A stretch of DNA of 64,000 nucleotides from Tubulanus polymorphus (GCF_964204645.1 NC_134030.1:22280210-22344209); one strand, 5' to 3'. Numbered from the stretch's first letter, positions 26,029 through 40,075 are shown. Translations and numbers: made by a program. Notes: generated by a model not told the origin, from the letters alone.

Positions 26029-28772
26029 TTAATAATGAATGGGTACCGATATATCTGATGAATCTGATGAATCTCTAGATGGTTCAGATAGATTTATTTC
26101 TACTCTCAGTCTTTTATTGAGTTTTTTAAGTTCTGATATGATGTAATCTCTCGTCGTATCGGGGTCGGTGCTGTAGCAGTCGACATACAGGTCAGAAAGA
26201 TGCGGAAGATTTTCGATTAATTCGACGATTGATTTGACGAATAAATCGATATCGTGCTGTGTATTAATCAGCGCGAGTGAACTGAAGAACTTTAAATAAC
26301 GAATCGATGAGACGTGTTTTAGTTGTTTAAAGATGCGATTGTTCTGTTCCGGTCTATCGAGATAGCTATCAATACTGACTTGTATCAGCTGATTTACCGC
26401 ATCTGATAATAGATAACGAACAAGTGCGTCACCATCAGCTTCTGACCACAAGTCTACTGTTAATACAGTCAGCCGCGGCAGGTGATCTAGAACGCGGTTT
26501 GATTGTAAATGACGTCCGTCAAAGAAAAGACGTTTTAATTTCGGCATTGAAGCGACGCTATCACTGATTGCTGCACGTTGATCTGTCGTTAGTTCGCGCA
26601 GTCCGCACTGTTTGAGCCGAATTGTTTCGATATCTGAACTTTTTAAGGCGCTATAAAATTCTTTCAATTCTTCGCTTGTCAAATTTTCATTGAATGTTCC
26701 GTAGAGTTCTAAGCTTTTCAAGCCCGGGATCAAGTTTGTCAACTCTCTGTTTATATTTTCACCTTTACCGGGAGGTACGCGGAGATACAGATGCTTCAGG
26801 AATGGAAAGGATTTCTGAATGTTGTCTAAAAGTTTCGCACTAACTTCAGTATCAATAATCAGAATCTCCACTGTATTGTGTGTGTTAGTACCACTGATAA
26901 ACCGCGCGTCATCATCAGATTCAATCACGTGACTTGTCTTCAGCCAATCATTATCGAGTTTCTTGTAACATCCACCACCTCGCTGCACAAACCAGTTTAT
27001 ACTGTTGCTCTTCTTACACATAGTCAAGAACTGATAACGTATTGATGACCAGTGTGACTCTATTATCATACCCTGAAGACTAGTGTTACTCGTTATGGCT
27101 GTTTCTAATACGCGGCGGTATTCGTCGGGTTTCAGTTCGATAATACCCTGTATGTAAACTAACTCGATCTGACATAGTTTGTGTTCGAGTATTTTTGCGA
27201 GCATGTTTATCCACGATCTGCTATATACAGATACGAACAACATTTTCTGCATGTAGGGAACTATTTCACTAATAGCGTCGTCCGGCCAGTCGGCTTCATC
27301 CAGGTAGATTGACCACTGTTCAGATAACACAGTTCTTTCAGATCGGAGTTCGATGTGGCGTTCGTAATCGGGAATGAGCATCACCTCTTCACTCGTAATG
27401 AAATCCAAGGAATTGTACTTATCCACTATTGTGATTGCTTTTAAATGTTCATCTATTAAAGTCTTGAAAAGTTCACCGAGGCCGCGGTTATACTTGTAAC
27501 GATAAAGCAGCCCTGCCATGAATCTCGGGTATAATTCACCATATTTCACAAGTTCGTCCGGTAGTTGTTCAAACGCGCATTTATTCCAGGGTATTTCACC
27601 ACTGTTGTTGAATTGCATGACCGAGTGTACCGCCGCCAGAAATTCGTGCACAGATTTGTGTATGAACCGCAGCTGGACGGAGCGGTCTGTTTTCCGTCGC
27701 GGCGACACCTCTTTGCACGTCAAAGCCGTCATCTTCGATTCGTCGAGTTTGAGATGATTTTCGCTGAAGCTGTTTTGATGCGCGATGAGCGTCTCATACG
27801 CGACTTGACAAATGTCTTTAAGCGCTTCAGAATTTCCGATATTGCGGAAAAAACATTCCTTCGACAACTCGAGGCCCTCGCGTATACTGATCAGAAAACA
27901 TGTCAAATCGATGTAGATATCGGTGAGTTTTGATGGTATCGTAATTTCTTCATCGTCCATATACAGAAAACAAAACATATGTAGTATCAGCGGGTTGTAG
28001 TAGATACTTTTAAATAAAGGTGGCGCTGCGTCTCTAAGCACGTTAAATAGCCGACATGGATCGCACATGGGGAATTTTCTCTTCATAATATCGATGACTT
28101 CTTCCTGTTTGAAGCCGGATATCGATACAACGGTGAATTTGGGATCAGTGACGATCATGCTGCCCCCGGACTCACGTGTTGTTATGACGATATGCGCTTT
28201 CGGTAATTTATTGGTCACGTGTACGATGTCTTTCTTCGCTTTATCATTTTTCAACTCGTCGAAGCCGTCTAGAAAAAATATCGATTTTTCTGCATTTTCC
28301 TCTACGAATTCTTTAAAACTATCAATCGGCAGAACCTTTCTGATTTTTGGATTCAAAAGATCTTCGTAAATGTACGTATAAATACACGCGTTATCAGCGG
28401 GCAGTTCATTTAACGGTATATAGAATAACATAGGAAATCTTTTCAGAAACGGTGATCGCTCCCATGACAACACTTGATTAACTACCTGAGTAGTTTTACC
28501 TATACCGGGTTCACCTACGAGGCACACGGGTTTCATAGCACGCTCTTTATAAGTGAAAAGCTTCTCGAAATCATCGGGTAAAGTCAATGACTGCTCCTCA
28601 CTTTCTTCATTTTTCTTAGGCTTTCGTTTTTGGGCTCGAATTTCCGCGTGTTCTTGGGTGAAGATGTCGTTGAAATTGACGAATTCATAGCTCCACGAAA
28701 CCTCTTTGTAATTTTCAACATCGATCATTCGTTGATACGTTTCTTTCAGGTTCTTCCGAACTTGATCAACAT
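26029..28772 (-). CDS. NLR-type protein: NACHT NTPase plus degenerate LRRs in one large terminal exon
   Basis: Walker A GEPGIGKT, Walker B FFLDGFDE, IVITTR, winged-helix FIHKSVHEFLAA, C-terminal LxxLxL repeats; TTTACAG acceptor at 28773 in frame with the 899-aa ORF. Confidence 0.92.
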
Positions 28773-31700
28773 CTGTAAAAATAAAATCAGTTTGAGATTT
28801 TTTAGAATTTCTATAGTGGCTGATTTTGCCTCAAAATCATAGAATCACAGAAAATGTCATGAGCTAAAATTTTACGATTGACCGCAGTTACAAAATATGC
28901 CTAGGTACCAAGGAAATACTGAGTTATTCTGCTATTCAACGCCCCCTGGTGACCATATACAAAAACCAACGAACCTGAAACTCACCACAATCATACATCA
29001 TGTCATGAGCTAAAACTTTGCAATTGATTGTGGTGACAAAATATGCTCTAGAAAGAATCTTTCTGTTGGGTCGGGTTAGCAACAAGTTCGATCAGAGACA
29101 TTCAAGGTCCCATCTACACGAGTGGAAAAATCCTTTATTTTCAATCTGCACGAGGAAAACATTTCCTAAGAGTCACCTTTAAAAGTCGGCTTTTTCACCT
29201 TTTTATACAAAATTATACTTAATCTAAAGATAAACGGCTTCGTTGATTTTGGTGAGCTTCACGTGTTACTAAAACGAGGGCGCTATCATCACAGCTCCGC
29301 AGTAAATACTGCAAACTACGCCGCGCATCAACATACAATTTTCAGCACAGGACAAGATGTTTATTAATCCTTCTCATCTTTCTCTGAATTTCAGTTTGAG
29401 TAAATCGGATGACAAAAATTAATTTCATTTAGTTCTTAACTTTTGAAGTGAGGATTGATAAACTGTATTAGTCACGCGATACACGATGAACTGGTTTTCT
29501 GAACACAAATCTTAGCTGCTTACGCGCATAAGAAGTGCCGGTTTTATGTCCTTGCGCAGGTAAACCAAATATACTTCGTTAATTTAGATTTCATCAAGAA
29601 AACGTATCTAGGCCTCGGATATACAATACAATAAGTAGCACCTCAACGAGTAAGAAGACTTTTTTAGAAAGGCCGATCAGCCATATCGGTCCGCAAAAGT
29701 AAAGGGATATCCCGATATGACATCAGGCGGGAAAATAATCATTATTTTACAGAATTCCTTCGATTTCTTCTTTCAGAAATAAATTCATTCGTTCTTTCAA
29801 AAAACCCAGGAAAGTGCAAAAAATTTCATGACTGACTGACAAAGATACCTTAAGCCGTAGGTCGGCCTTGCGACGCGACGCGATCGTCGCGTCACAAGTG
29901 GCCGCGCAAGTCGGTTGCGACACGATTGTCAGCGACTGTGTGCGACTAGTTGCTCCCAGTCGCAAGCGCGCGTAGATCGGTTGCGACGGTCGCGTCGCAA
30001 AAAGTAGATCATGTGCGACTCATTGCGACTGGCGTCGCTGGCAGTCGCAACCCGGCTTGCGACTCACTGCGACGCGACTCACTGCGACCGCCATCGACGA
30101 CCGCGTCGCAACGACCAACCGACCAACCTTGCGACTGCCAGTAGCTTTGCTACTGATCCGCAGCAAGATTTCGTAGTAGCTAAAAAATGTTGTAATGTTG
30201 ATTTCCTGTATGCGTTGGTGGTTATTAATGGTTTCAGACAACAAACGATGTAGTAAGCGGTAAGCGATTTTTTCTACCGACCACAGTTAGGTTTCGCTCT
30301 GCGCATGTTCTGAATATACCGGAAGTAAACAAACCGTGACGTACACGGAAGTAAAGCACATGGCTAGTCAAAAGTCAATTACAGTGTCAATAGTGTTGTT
30401 GTTTGATGCTTTGATCTATCAGTGCTGACCATAATCACCCTGCTGTAAAAATAATTCTTTCTCGGTTCTTCTGCTGCGATATCTGGCAAACATTCAGAAT
30501 CTTTTTATAAACTTAAGAATAGACGGAACCGTATTTGATCGGAACAATGGGTTGCATTAATAATGTGGCTGGTGGAAGAATCTGTCGCACATGTTCTATT
30601 TTCTTCGAGGCGACACAACCGACTTTTAGGAAAATAATAATATTCATTCATGCCCGCAGTCTTGGGAGAGCAGACATTCGACAGGTATTCGATAGATACT
30701 TGATAGATACTTGATAGAAGCTTGATAGAAGCTTGTTTGAGGCTTGATTCAGGACGGGTTATTAGCAGGATAGTACAATAGGAACTTAGAGCTAGGAACT
30801 GGACTGCGTTTTATCTGGAAAGCTTAAGATTAAGTATCAAGGTAAATAAAATTCGTTTTACTATTATTATATTCAGTTAAATTTCCGGTATTCTAGTTTT
30901 ACTTGGGTTTGTTCACGGACTCGTTCTCTCGCCAGGGACCGATCATCGCGCTTTTATTATTATACGACTAAGGAGAGGATTGTGACCGGTGTATCAATAC
31001 ACAACCCGACCACAAAAATAAAATCAGTCTGAGATATCCTAAGCCAGGCGTAGGACGGTCTTGTGATGCTTCGCAAGTGGGGCGTAAGTCGATTGTGATG
31101 CGATCATCGGCGACTGTGTGCATCTAGTTGCTGCCAGTCGCAAGAGCCCGTAGGTCGAAGCGAGGCGATCCGCGATTCTGATTCGATGAACTCAGCTGAT
31201 AATTAATTTTTCAATGATGTTACTCATTTATAAATTTAATGCAACAATGCGCGCTGGTGAAGTTCTAAACATTGATATAGTCTTCCCGATAATTAAACTT
31301 GAATCATTGCTCATCCCATAATGATATATTATAATTACATTCTAAATTGTAATCAACAGAAAATGGTTCCTCCGAAATAATGTAATATTTTTAGATTAAT
31401 CTCAATAAGCGAGTTTGTGTGATGGATAAGTATTTAGTAGGGTGTTTTCTTTACCATGCTCATGGATAATGCATCATTCAAAAATTCGTAATTCTTACAA
31501 ATTTTTATCTACATTTTCAGAGTTTTCAGGATCAATAAACATCTACATGTGGTCTTATATACTTTTACGGTTTTCAATTATCTGTATTAGTTTTTAAGTA
31601 ATTGCGAGCGAGTCAAACTTCCAAAACACGTTTTCTAGAATTCCCTATACGCGCATAGTTATATCAGGAAATTTCACAAATTTAACGCAAATTTCTATCT

Positions 31701-31849
31701 TTACCGGTGCGCATTGTTGCATTAAATTCACGATTCGGCTGAAAATGAAACTAAATTTCATCTCAATCTCATAAATTAATTCTATCTCAAACTATTTTGA
31801 CCTCGATCATATTTTGAATCTGAAAGTGACAACTGTATAATTTACTTAC

Positions 31850-31891
31850 CCCACTCCTCTTTCAAGAGACTTTTCATTTCTAATGATTCGC
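31850..31891 (-). CDS. Candidate 42-nt upstream exon of the NLR (ESLEMKSLLKEEW)
   Basis: TTTTCAG acceptor, GTAAGT donor, phase compatible with the exon at 28772. Confidence 0.45.
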
Positions 31892-32309
31892 CTGAAAATA
31901 GAATTCATTCATTACATTGAATCAACTTCAAGGAAGCTTATATAAGGTACTAATAATTAATATTATAAGGTATCCCCATGAGGTGTACTCATGAGAGGTA
32001 CTCATGATGGGTACTCACCAGGATTATCATTTCCACTTATTGTCGTGCTTTTACTCACTGAAAATATATGAATAAATAAATAACTTAATTCAATGATATT
32101 AAACTGAGTAAAAATCAACAACTAAAATCAACAACTAAATCGTTCGTCTCATTCCTGACATTGAATCAACTTCAAGGAAGCTTATATAATGTACTAATAA
32201 TTCATATTACAAGGTACCCCCATGAGGTGTACTCATATGAGGTACTCATGAGGTGTACTCATGAGAGGTGCTTATGTGAGGTACTCATAAGGTGTACTCA
32301 TGAGAGGTT

Positions 32310-32430
32310 TCATTTTTGGGCTCGAATTTTCGCACGTTCTTGGGTGAAGAAGTCGTTGAAATTGGTGACTTCTTCGCTCCACCAAACCTCTTTGTAATTT
32401 TCAACATAATTCTGAATTTTACCGATATCT
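32310..32430 (-). pseudogene. Truncated copy of the 5' end of the NACHT exon
   Basis: VENYKEVWWSEEVTNFNDFFTQERAKIRAQK matches VENYKEVSWSYEFVNFNDIFTQEHAEIRAQK, and the preceding intron sequence is also similar. Confidence 0.8.
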
Positions 32431-32699
32431 GTAAAACTGAAGTCAGTTTGGGATTTTTGAGGAGTGTCTATGGTGGCTGATTTGGGCCACAAGATTTCAA
32501 ATCGATTTAGAAAAATTAGTTAAAAATGAGAATTTGTTTTTCAGCACGTTCTAAAATACAACGTTTATTTCAGTGTTCACTGAAAAATAATTGTGTACTG
32601 CCCTGAAATCTTTAGTTGAAATTAACTTATTTCTATAACTATATTCCTGAAACTCAGGTCAAACCATAACTCGGAACTTTTTCATCCGGTGTGGTTGTT

Positions 32700-34383
32700 A
32701 ATATTTGAACATAGTCTACTGTATCACCCAACTCAGATATCACTCTCACGTCAAAAGATCTGACTTGAGCGGAGTCTACTGTACCATCCAACTCAGATAT
32801 CACTCTCAAGTCAAAAGATCTGACTTGAGCGGAGTCTACTGTACCATCCAACTCAGATATCACTCTCAAGTCAAAAGATCTGACTCTTGAACGGAGTCTA
32901 CTGTATCATCCAACTCAGATATCACTTTCAAGTCAAAAGATCAGACTCTTGAGCGGAGTCTACTGTATCATCCAACTCAGATGTCACTCTCAAGTCAAAA
33001 GATCTGACTTAAGCGGAGTCAATTGTACCATCCAACTCGGATATCACTCTCAAGTCAAAAGATCTGACTTAAGCGGAGTCAACTGTACCATCCAACTCAG
33101 ATATCACTCTCAAGTCAAAAGATCAGACTTAAGCGGAGTCTACTGTACCATCCAACTCAGATATCACTCTCCAGTCAAAAGATCAGACTCTTGAGCGGAG
33201 TCTACTGTACCATCCAACTCAGATATCACTCTCAAGTCAAAAGATCAGACTTGAACAGAGTCTACTGTATCATCCAACTCAGATATCACTCTCACGTCAA
33301 AAGATCTGACTTGAGCGGAGTCTACTGTACCATCCAACTCAGATATCACTCTCAAGTCAAAAGATCCGACTTGAGCGGAGTCTACTGTATCATCCAACTC
33401 AGATATCACTCTCAAGTCAAAAGATCTGACTTGAGCGGAGTCTACTGTACCATCCAACTCAGATATCACTCTCAAGTCAAAAGATCTGACTCTTGAGCGG
33501 AGTCTACTGTATCATCCAACTCAGATATCACTCTCAAGTCAAAAGATCAGACTTGAACAGAGTCTACTGTATCATCCAACTCAGATATCACTTTCACGTC
33601 AAAAGATCTGACTTGAGCGGAGTCTACTGTACCATCCAACTCAGATATCACTCTCAAGTCAAAAGATCAGACTTGAGCGGAGTCTACTGTATCATCCAAC
33701 TCAGATATCACTCTCAAGTCAAAAGATCTGACTTGAGCGGAGTCTATTGTACCATCCAACTCAGATATCACTCTCAAGTCAAAAGATCTGACTCTTGAGC
33801 GGAGTCTACTGTACCATCCAACTCAGATATCACTCTCAAGTCAAAAGATCAGACTTGAACAGAGTCTATCTACTGTATCATCCAACTCAGATATCACTTT
33901 CACGTCAAAAGATCTGACTTGAGCGGAGTCTACTGTACCATCCAACTCAGATATCACTCTCAAGTCAAAAGATCAGACTTGAACAGAGTCTACTGTATCA
34001 TCTAACTCAGATATCACTCTCAAGTCAAAAGATCTGACTTGAGCGGAGTCTACTGTACCATCCAACTCAGATATCGCTCTCAAGTCAAAAGATCTAACTT
34101 GAGCGGAGTCTACTGTACCATCCAACTCAGATATCACTCTCAAGTCAAAAGATCAGACTTGAACAGAGTCTACTGTATCATCTAACTCAGATATCACTCT
34201 CAAGTCAAAAGATCTGACTTGAGCGGAGTCTACTGTATCATCCAACTCAGATATCACTCTCAAGTCAAAACATCAGACTTGAACAGAGTCTACTGTATCA
34301 TCTAACTCAGATATCACTCTCAAGTCAAAAGATCTGACTTGAGCGGAGTCTACTGTATCATCCAACTCAGATATCACTCTCAG
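32700..34383. repeat. 60/62-bp minisatellite, about 28 copies, downstream of the Ig gene 3 stop codon
   Basis: Unit gagcggagtctactgtaccatccaactcagatatcactctcaagtcaaaagatctgactt. Confidence 0.95.
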
Positions 34384-36064
34384 CAGGATCCACTGTATCA
34401 TTAACAGCAGGTTTTCTATAGATACACAGTACTGTAAACAAAATAGAAAATAGCGTTTTATATTGCAGTGTTTTAATGGTACATTTTGTTTTGATGATGT
34501 GCAGTTCATAAAAAATGTACATACACAAACGTTTATTAATACTCAACCCAACGTTGAATTCAATTTCAAGCACTCTTTCACCATTATCGAGGGTCGACCG
34601 TACATGTTTATAGAGGGGGAGTGGATAATTTTGGATGGACCCTCGAATCCCTCAAGTCTACACTATTCTTTCAATCTTAAGCATAATGTATATGAATTAT
34701 TACAGAACTTACAGTTTCCACATCTACACAGTTCATCATCAGGTTTTCTGCACCGCACTGTCAATTAGAAATAACACAGTATTTCATTTCTGCAGTTTGT
34801 CTATCACTGTTTAATGATGGTTTTATGTAAAACTTACAGCAGCCACAAAGACACAGTGTAAACAGTATTATTAGAATCAGTAATATCAGTACACCGATTA
34901 CAGCACCAAACACTATTCCTCCATTCCATCCATCTGGAACTAAGCACAATCGATTTAAATGAATCAGCAATTTGGTAATCACAATAGATGATTTCATACA
35001 ACTGCCGTCAACCTCGATTCCAAGCCCAATCAGCAATTCAAGATGTTGGCGGGACGATTTTGTGACCAGTGAAAAATGCAGAAAATTCGTTTCTAATAAG
35101 ATTTTCTAGCGTTAGATGTTCATTTAAGAAAGGTTTGTTCATTTCACCGATGTTTGAAGTCGCACAGAATTAAATCATTTGAATGTTCAGATTCCGATTG
35201 AATTCATCCAGTTGTCACCCGGAATCTTACCTGGTTCATCAGTTGGACCGGCGTGATGATAACCAGCGACATCAATGACCCTTTCATTAATACCATCAGC
35301 CAAACACCGCCCTCTATAGTCAGTTGTGGTACTATTTACGATAGGTATCGTTATATTCCACTGATAGTTTGATAGTTTTTGAACGACAGCTGGAGGGTCA
35401 CATGTAACTTGTTGACTCAATGGGTTACTATTAACTGTTACAATATACACTGCGTGTGTTTCATTTCCACTGGATTTCTTGTAAACTGGTGCAGCAAAAT
35501 CTGATAAAAGACAAAACATTAGTGAAGGTTTTTTACAAGCTTACTGCACGGCAGAGTTCTCAACCCCTGTCAAAGTAGAACCATCTTCTCTCAGCAGGTA
35601 GACTTGATGACCTCCTGTGACTCAGCCACATGAACATGCATATGATGGATTAATGGATAGGTCTGGGGTCTTTATTGTTGCACGGAAAACGATTTTCTCG
35701 AATTCGAAAAGAAATTTTTACTTACAATGAACAATGATTGGATTAAATTGTCGAGGTTCTGGAAACGTAAGGTTCTCCTTTACAGCACATCGAAATGACG
35801 TTCCATTGTGCAGTTTGAAATTAGCTTTGAACTTGTAGGTTGTGTCAAAAACTTTTAAACTCCCTTTGAGAGGTACTCTTTGAGGTTGTGGATCAGGAGG
35901 AATTGGCTCCCATCGTTCAGAACCTCTTCTCTTCTGTTGGTATATCACTGTAGGATCGGGCCTTCCTATCACTGTTCTACAAATATATTCTACAACTTCT
36001 CCTTCAGTTCTAATGTCAGGTTCTCCGGTGAAAGTATCTAGTGTTTGAATTTCATCAGGAAAAT
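34367..36064 (-). CDS. Ig-receptor gene 3, 3' part: exon C 36064-35726, exon D 35500-35231, TM exon 34939-34838, cytoplasmic exons 34757-34713 and 34431-34367
   Basis: All GT-AG, phase 1; TM GIVFGAVIGVLILLILIILFTLCLCGC; Cys-rich short tail ending DPAESDI-stop. Confidence 0.75.
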
Positions 36065-38773
36065 CTTTAAAGATAAAAACGTGTCAATATATTTTTGTAC
36101 GCCATTATTTAGCCATTTTATGCAAATATACAAATTGGAACTTAAAATGACATGTGGCGATTTCTTGGGTATCAGGACAATAATTAAATCCTTTGTAATC
36201 CTTTATATCTTAACCTTTTCAAATACAAATCATTAATGCAAACTTATAACTTAACGACTTCTTAAATTATAAATTCGTTTATTATCTCTTGACTAGATGT
36301 ATACATTCTCTTCCCGGAGCTCTGTTCTCTTTAACCCTAACCTTTCTTAAAACCGTTTTAAAACTTTTTTAACAACTATGAACGCTCCCTTTTTATATTA
36401 TTTTATCTTTAGTACCGTGTGCAGACCCTCTTCCACACATGGCTTGGAATTCATGGCTTGTGACGTATTCATACGTCACAACATTCCTCCCATCCATGTA
36501 TGGTTGATGACGTATCTGCACACGTCACAATTATCTATGAATATCCCTTGCACTCATCAGAGTCCATGGCAGCATATTAGGTTTACCTACGTAGACACAT
36601 ACGTCACTTTCAGACTTGTTTATTTATATTACTTCTCGTATTTATGTTTATGTATGACGTACGCATCAACGCAGGTTGTCTGGCAATAACAACACTGGCC
36701 ATGGACTCCAGCTTCCGTACATCACTTGTTGGTACAGTTTAACTGCTGATAACTGAAACCTACTAATATGTTCCCTGGAAGCTTGTCATGAAAGCCCCAT
36801 AATATATGCCCTGAAAGTTTCCATAATAGTTCACCTTGAAAGCTAGAGGTTGTTTGGAGTAAGGGCATTGCTTGAAAAATCTTTTTAATTCGTGACCGAG
36901 TTCTACAAGTTTAAATATTATATTTCATCTTTCTTAAAGAATTATTTTGTAGTGAAATAAGACCAAAGATATAAAATTGTTTTATGGTCCACGTCCAAAA
37001 TTTCGTAGGGTACAGGTAGGCGCGGCAGGGAAAATATTTCACATTTTCAAAAAAATGTTTTTCACAATATGAAAAAATATAGCTGCAAGCAGCGATAACG
37101 GGTTTCTGCCTTTCTGGATACAATGTCATTCAGGGATTCGAGCAAAGATTTCACCCGAAATCAGTTTGTTACATTCCGTTTTTTGAATGAGTGCCACCTA
37201 GGGGTCAACTCACAACATGGATATGTTGACCCACATGTGCTACTAAGCGCAAAGTACTAATGCGCCAGGTTTTGGGGGAAATAACATCGGGAAGAACGAA
37301 GCTACGGTGTTTTTACCATTCCGTAGTGACAGTCTAAGCGCATATTCGGTAATTATTAGTTCCGAAAAAAAGTCGACTAGATAAGAAAACCGAATTTGGC
37401 CCAAAGCACAAATTTGGCCTATGCAGGAGGGAAGGCCTTATAGTGTTACTATTAGTAGAAGAGTTACAAGTCAGTCTGACAAGTCAAGCGATCAGATGGG
37501 GACTACAATTCACATATGAAATTGACGTCCAATAACCATTATAAAAACATAATCACGAACGGTACCATCACTCCCCATTACTGACCGTCACTGGTCTCTG
37601 GCTAGCAATCATTCTTTATCGGTGCAGTGGGTAGGTATTTTCAACTGACTTTGTTCTTCTATGACATTACCATCGCCCCTGCGCAAGATGATGTGATGTA
37701 CATGTACAAGGGACCTCCAATTTGTAATGTATGTGATGTAAAAACTGACTTTAGACCGTTTAATATCGACGATAACAAGGTATCACCGACGCTGACATTT
37801 TCTGACGCTAACTAGTATGACCCGCCTTTTGGACCGGACCAATTCAATTCAATTACGAAAACGCGTAGCGGTACAGTAAATAAATAAACCGCTGTTTATT
37901 TTTCGAAGTATTGACATCCACGAACAAAACTAAACTATTGTAGAATGTTTAAAAGGAACTGCTTTTAATAACAGTATGAATAATCTTACTTCACAAACAA
38001 GGAAGTACATTTTTAACTTGTGAATGGTCGAACCCCAGTTATTCACAGTAACCTATGATTTGGATATTCTCGGAGCCTTCCTTCTTTATTTACTTATGAA
38101 ATGACGTCACAAACTTTCAGATTCGCGCCAGTATGCGCCCCATGATTGATGGTTGCTATTTCCACCGGTGTTATCTTTAAGTAACTTCAAGTTTAAAATA
38201 GGAAGCACAGTACATCCAAAGAAACTACGCGCAGAAAGAGTCTGTTATATTATTATCAGAGTTTTAACATTTCGTTTCAAAGTTGTTACTAGTCAAATCT
38301 AATAGAAAGATTTTTTTGTGACGAAACTCAGTGGAAAACATGTTAAAATAATAATCAGCAGGAATCCAATAGGGTTTCTGCAGAGGCAGCAGAAACCCTA
38401 ATTAATATGATGTCATATATCAGATGGTGGCTGAATATTGAAAGTCTTGGAAACCTCTTCCAATGTATGGCATTGGAGGCTAAAATACCAGTGCAGTAAG
38501 AAATCCGGGGGTGTATTAGATCGCTTTAAATCCTGGAATTTACCTCTACAATATTCAGACCTCGACCTATAGGCCTACCTATAGTTTGCTGCTTTGTATT
38601 TTCAGGTCCCAAGAAATAACAATTTATTATACAAATTCTAACAGAAATCACAGCGCTCATCTTCTGCTACGATTATCTAGCCTTTCACACATGCACGCGC
38701 CATCAAGCAGCATTAAATCATTTGAATGTTCAGATTCAGATAAAATTCACCTATTTGTGACCCGGAATCTTAC

Positions 38774-39043
38774 CTGGTTCCTCAGTTGGACCGGCGTGAT
38801 GATAACCAGTGACATTAATGACCTTTTCACTAATACCATCGGCCAAACACCGTCCTCTATAGTCAGTTGTGGTACTATTCACGATAGGTATCGTTATATT
38901 CCACTGATAGTTTGATAGTTTTTGAACGACAGCTGGAGGGTCACATGTAACTTGTTGAGTCAATGGGTTACTATTAACTGTTACAATATACGCTGCATTT
39001 GTTTCATTTTCACTGGATTTCTTGTAATCTGGTGCAGCAAAAT
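38774..39043 (-). CDS. Ig-like/fibronectin-like exon type D (upstream copy)
   Basis: Paralog of 35231-35500; ATCAG/GTAAG boundaries; 270 nt. Confidence 0.7.
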
Positions 39044-39257
39044 CTGATTGAAACAAGAAAAATAGAGTTACTGAACCCCTGTTAGTATACCCATCATCCC
39101 TGGCAGGATTTTGAACCTGATGACATCACGAGACTCTGTCACGTTCCTCCATTACATGAATTTGTTACTGACATGCGCAGAGTGGATAGGTCTACTAGGA
39201 CTGGGGTTTGAATTGTAGCAGGGAAAACTGTTCAAACCCATAGGAAATTGCAGGACG

Positions 39258-39610
39258 ATTCCTCCCTCTGTAGGGATTTGAACCTGATGACATCGTGAGA
39301 CTCTGCCACGTTCCTCCCTCGCAGGGATTCGAACCTGATGACATCGTGAGACTCTGCCACGTTCCTCCCTCGCAGGGATTCGAACCTGATGACATCGTGA
39401 GACTCTGCCACATTCCTCCCTCGCCAGGGATTCGAACCTGATGGCATCGTGAGACTCTGTCACGTTCCTCCCTCGGCAGGGATTCGAACCTGATGACATC
39501 GTGAAACTCTGTCACGTTCCTCCCTCGGCAGGGATTGGAACCTGATGGCATCGCGAGACTCTGCCATGTTCCTCCCTCGGCAGGGATTCGAACCTGATGT
39601 TATCGTGACA
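39258..39610 (-). repeat. 51-52-bp tandem repeat of a tRNA/SINE-like fragment, about 7 copies
   Basis: The minus strand of most units contains GGTTCGAATCC (B-box) preceded by TG(G/A)CAGAGT. Confidence 0.8.
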
Positions 39611-39748
39611 TGTTCAGTGTGGATATACTGTCCACAGGACAGTGGTTTGTACCCGTTGCAAGGAAAATTGCTAGAACCCAAAGCAAACTTTTAAAGAAGA
39701 TATTTTAAGGAAGATTTCTCAAATTCGACAAATAAAACTGTTACTTAC

Positions 39749-40075
39749 AATGAACAATGATTGGATTAAATTGTCGAGGTTCTGGAAACGTAAGGTTCTC
39801 CTTTACAGCGCATCGAAATGACGTTCCATTGTGCAGTTTGAAATCAGCTTTGAACTTGTACGTCGTGTTAAAACCCCCCAAGACAGATACTCTTTGAGGT
39901 TGTGGATCAGGAATTGGCTGCCATTGTTCAGAACCTCTTCTCTTCTGCTGGTATATCACTGTAGGATCGGGCCTCCCACCTACTGTTCTACAAGTATATT
40001 CTACAACTTCTCTTTCAGTTCTAATGTCAGGTTGTTCGGTGAAAGAATCTGGTGTATGAATTTTATCAGGAAAAT
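39749..40075 (-). CDS. Ig-like exon type C (upstream copy)
   Basis: YTCRTVGGRPDP...HNGTSFRCAV; TTTCAG/GTAAG boundaries. Confidence 0.75.

Noticed and set aside
27518-28369. Plus-strand ORFs overlapping the NLR
   Set aside because: Antisense shadows of the NACHT coding sequence with no independent motifs.
32700-34383. CRISPR-like appearance (regular ~60-bp period with a palindrome)
   Set aside because: No unique spacers, whole units repeat, no cas genes, eukaryotic context. The ORFs listed here are repeat artefacts.
39258-39610. tRNA gene cluster
   Set aside because: Units are about 52 bp, too short for a cloverleaf; only the T-loop/B-box is recognisable.
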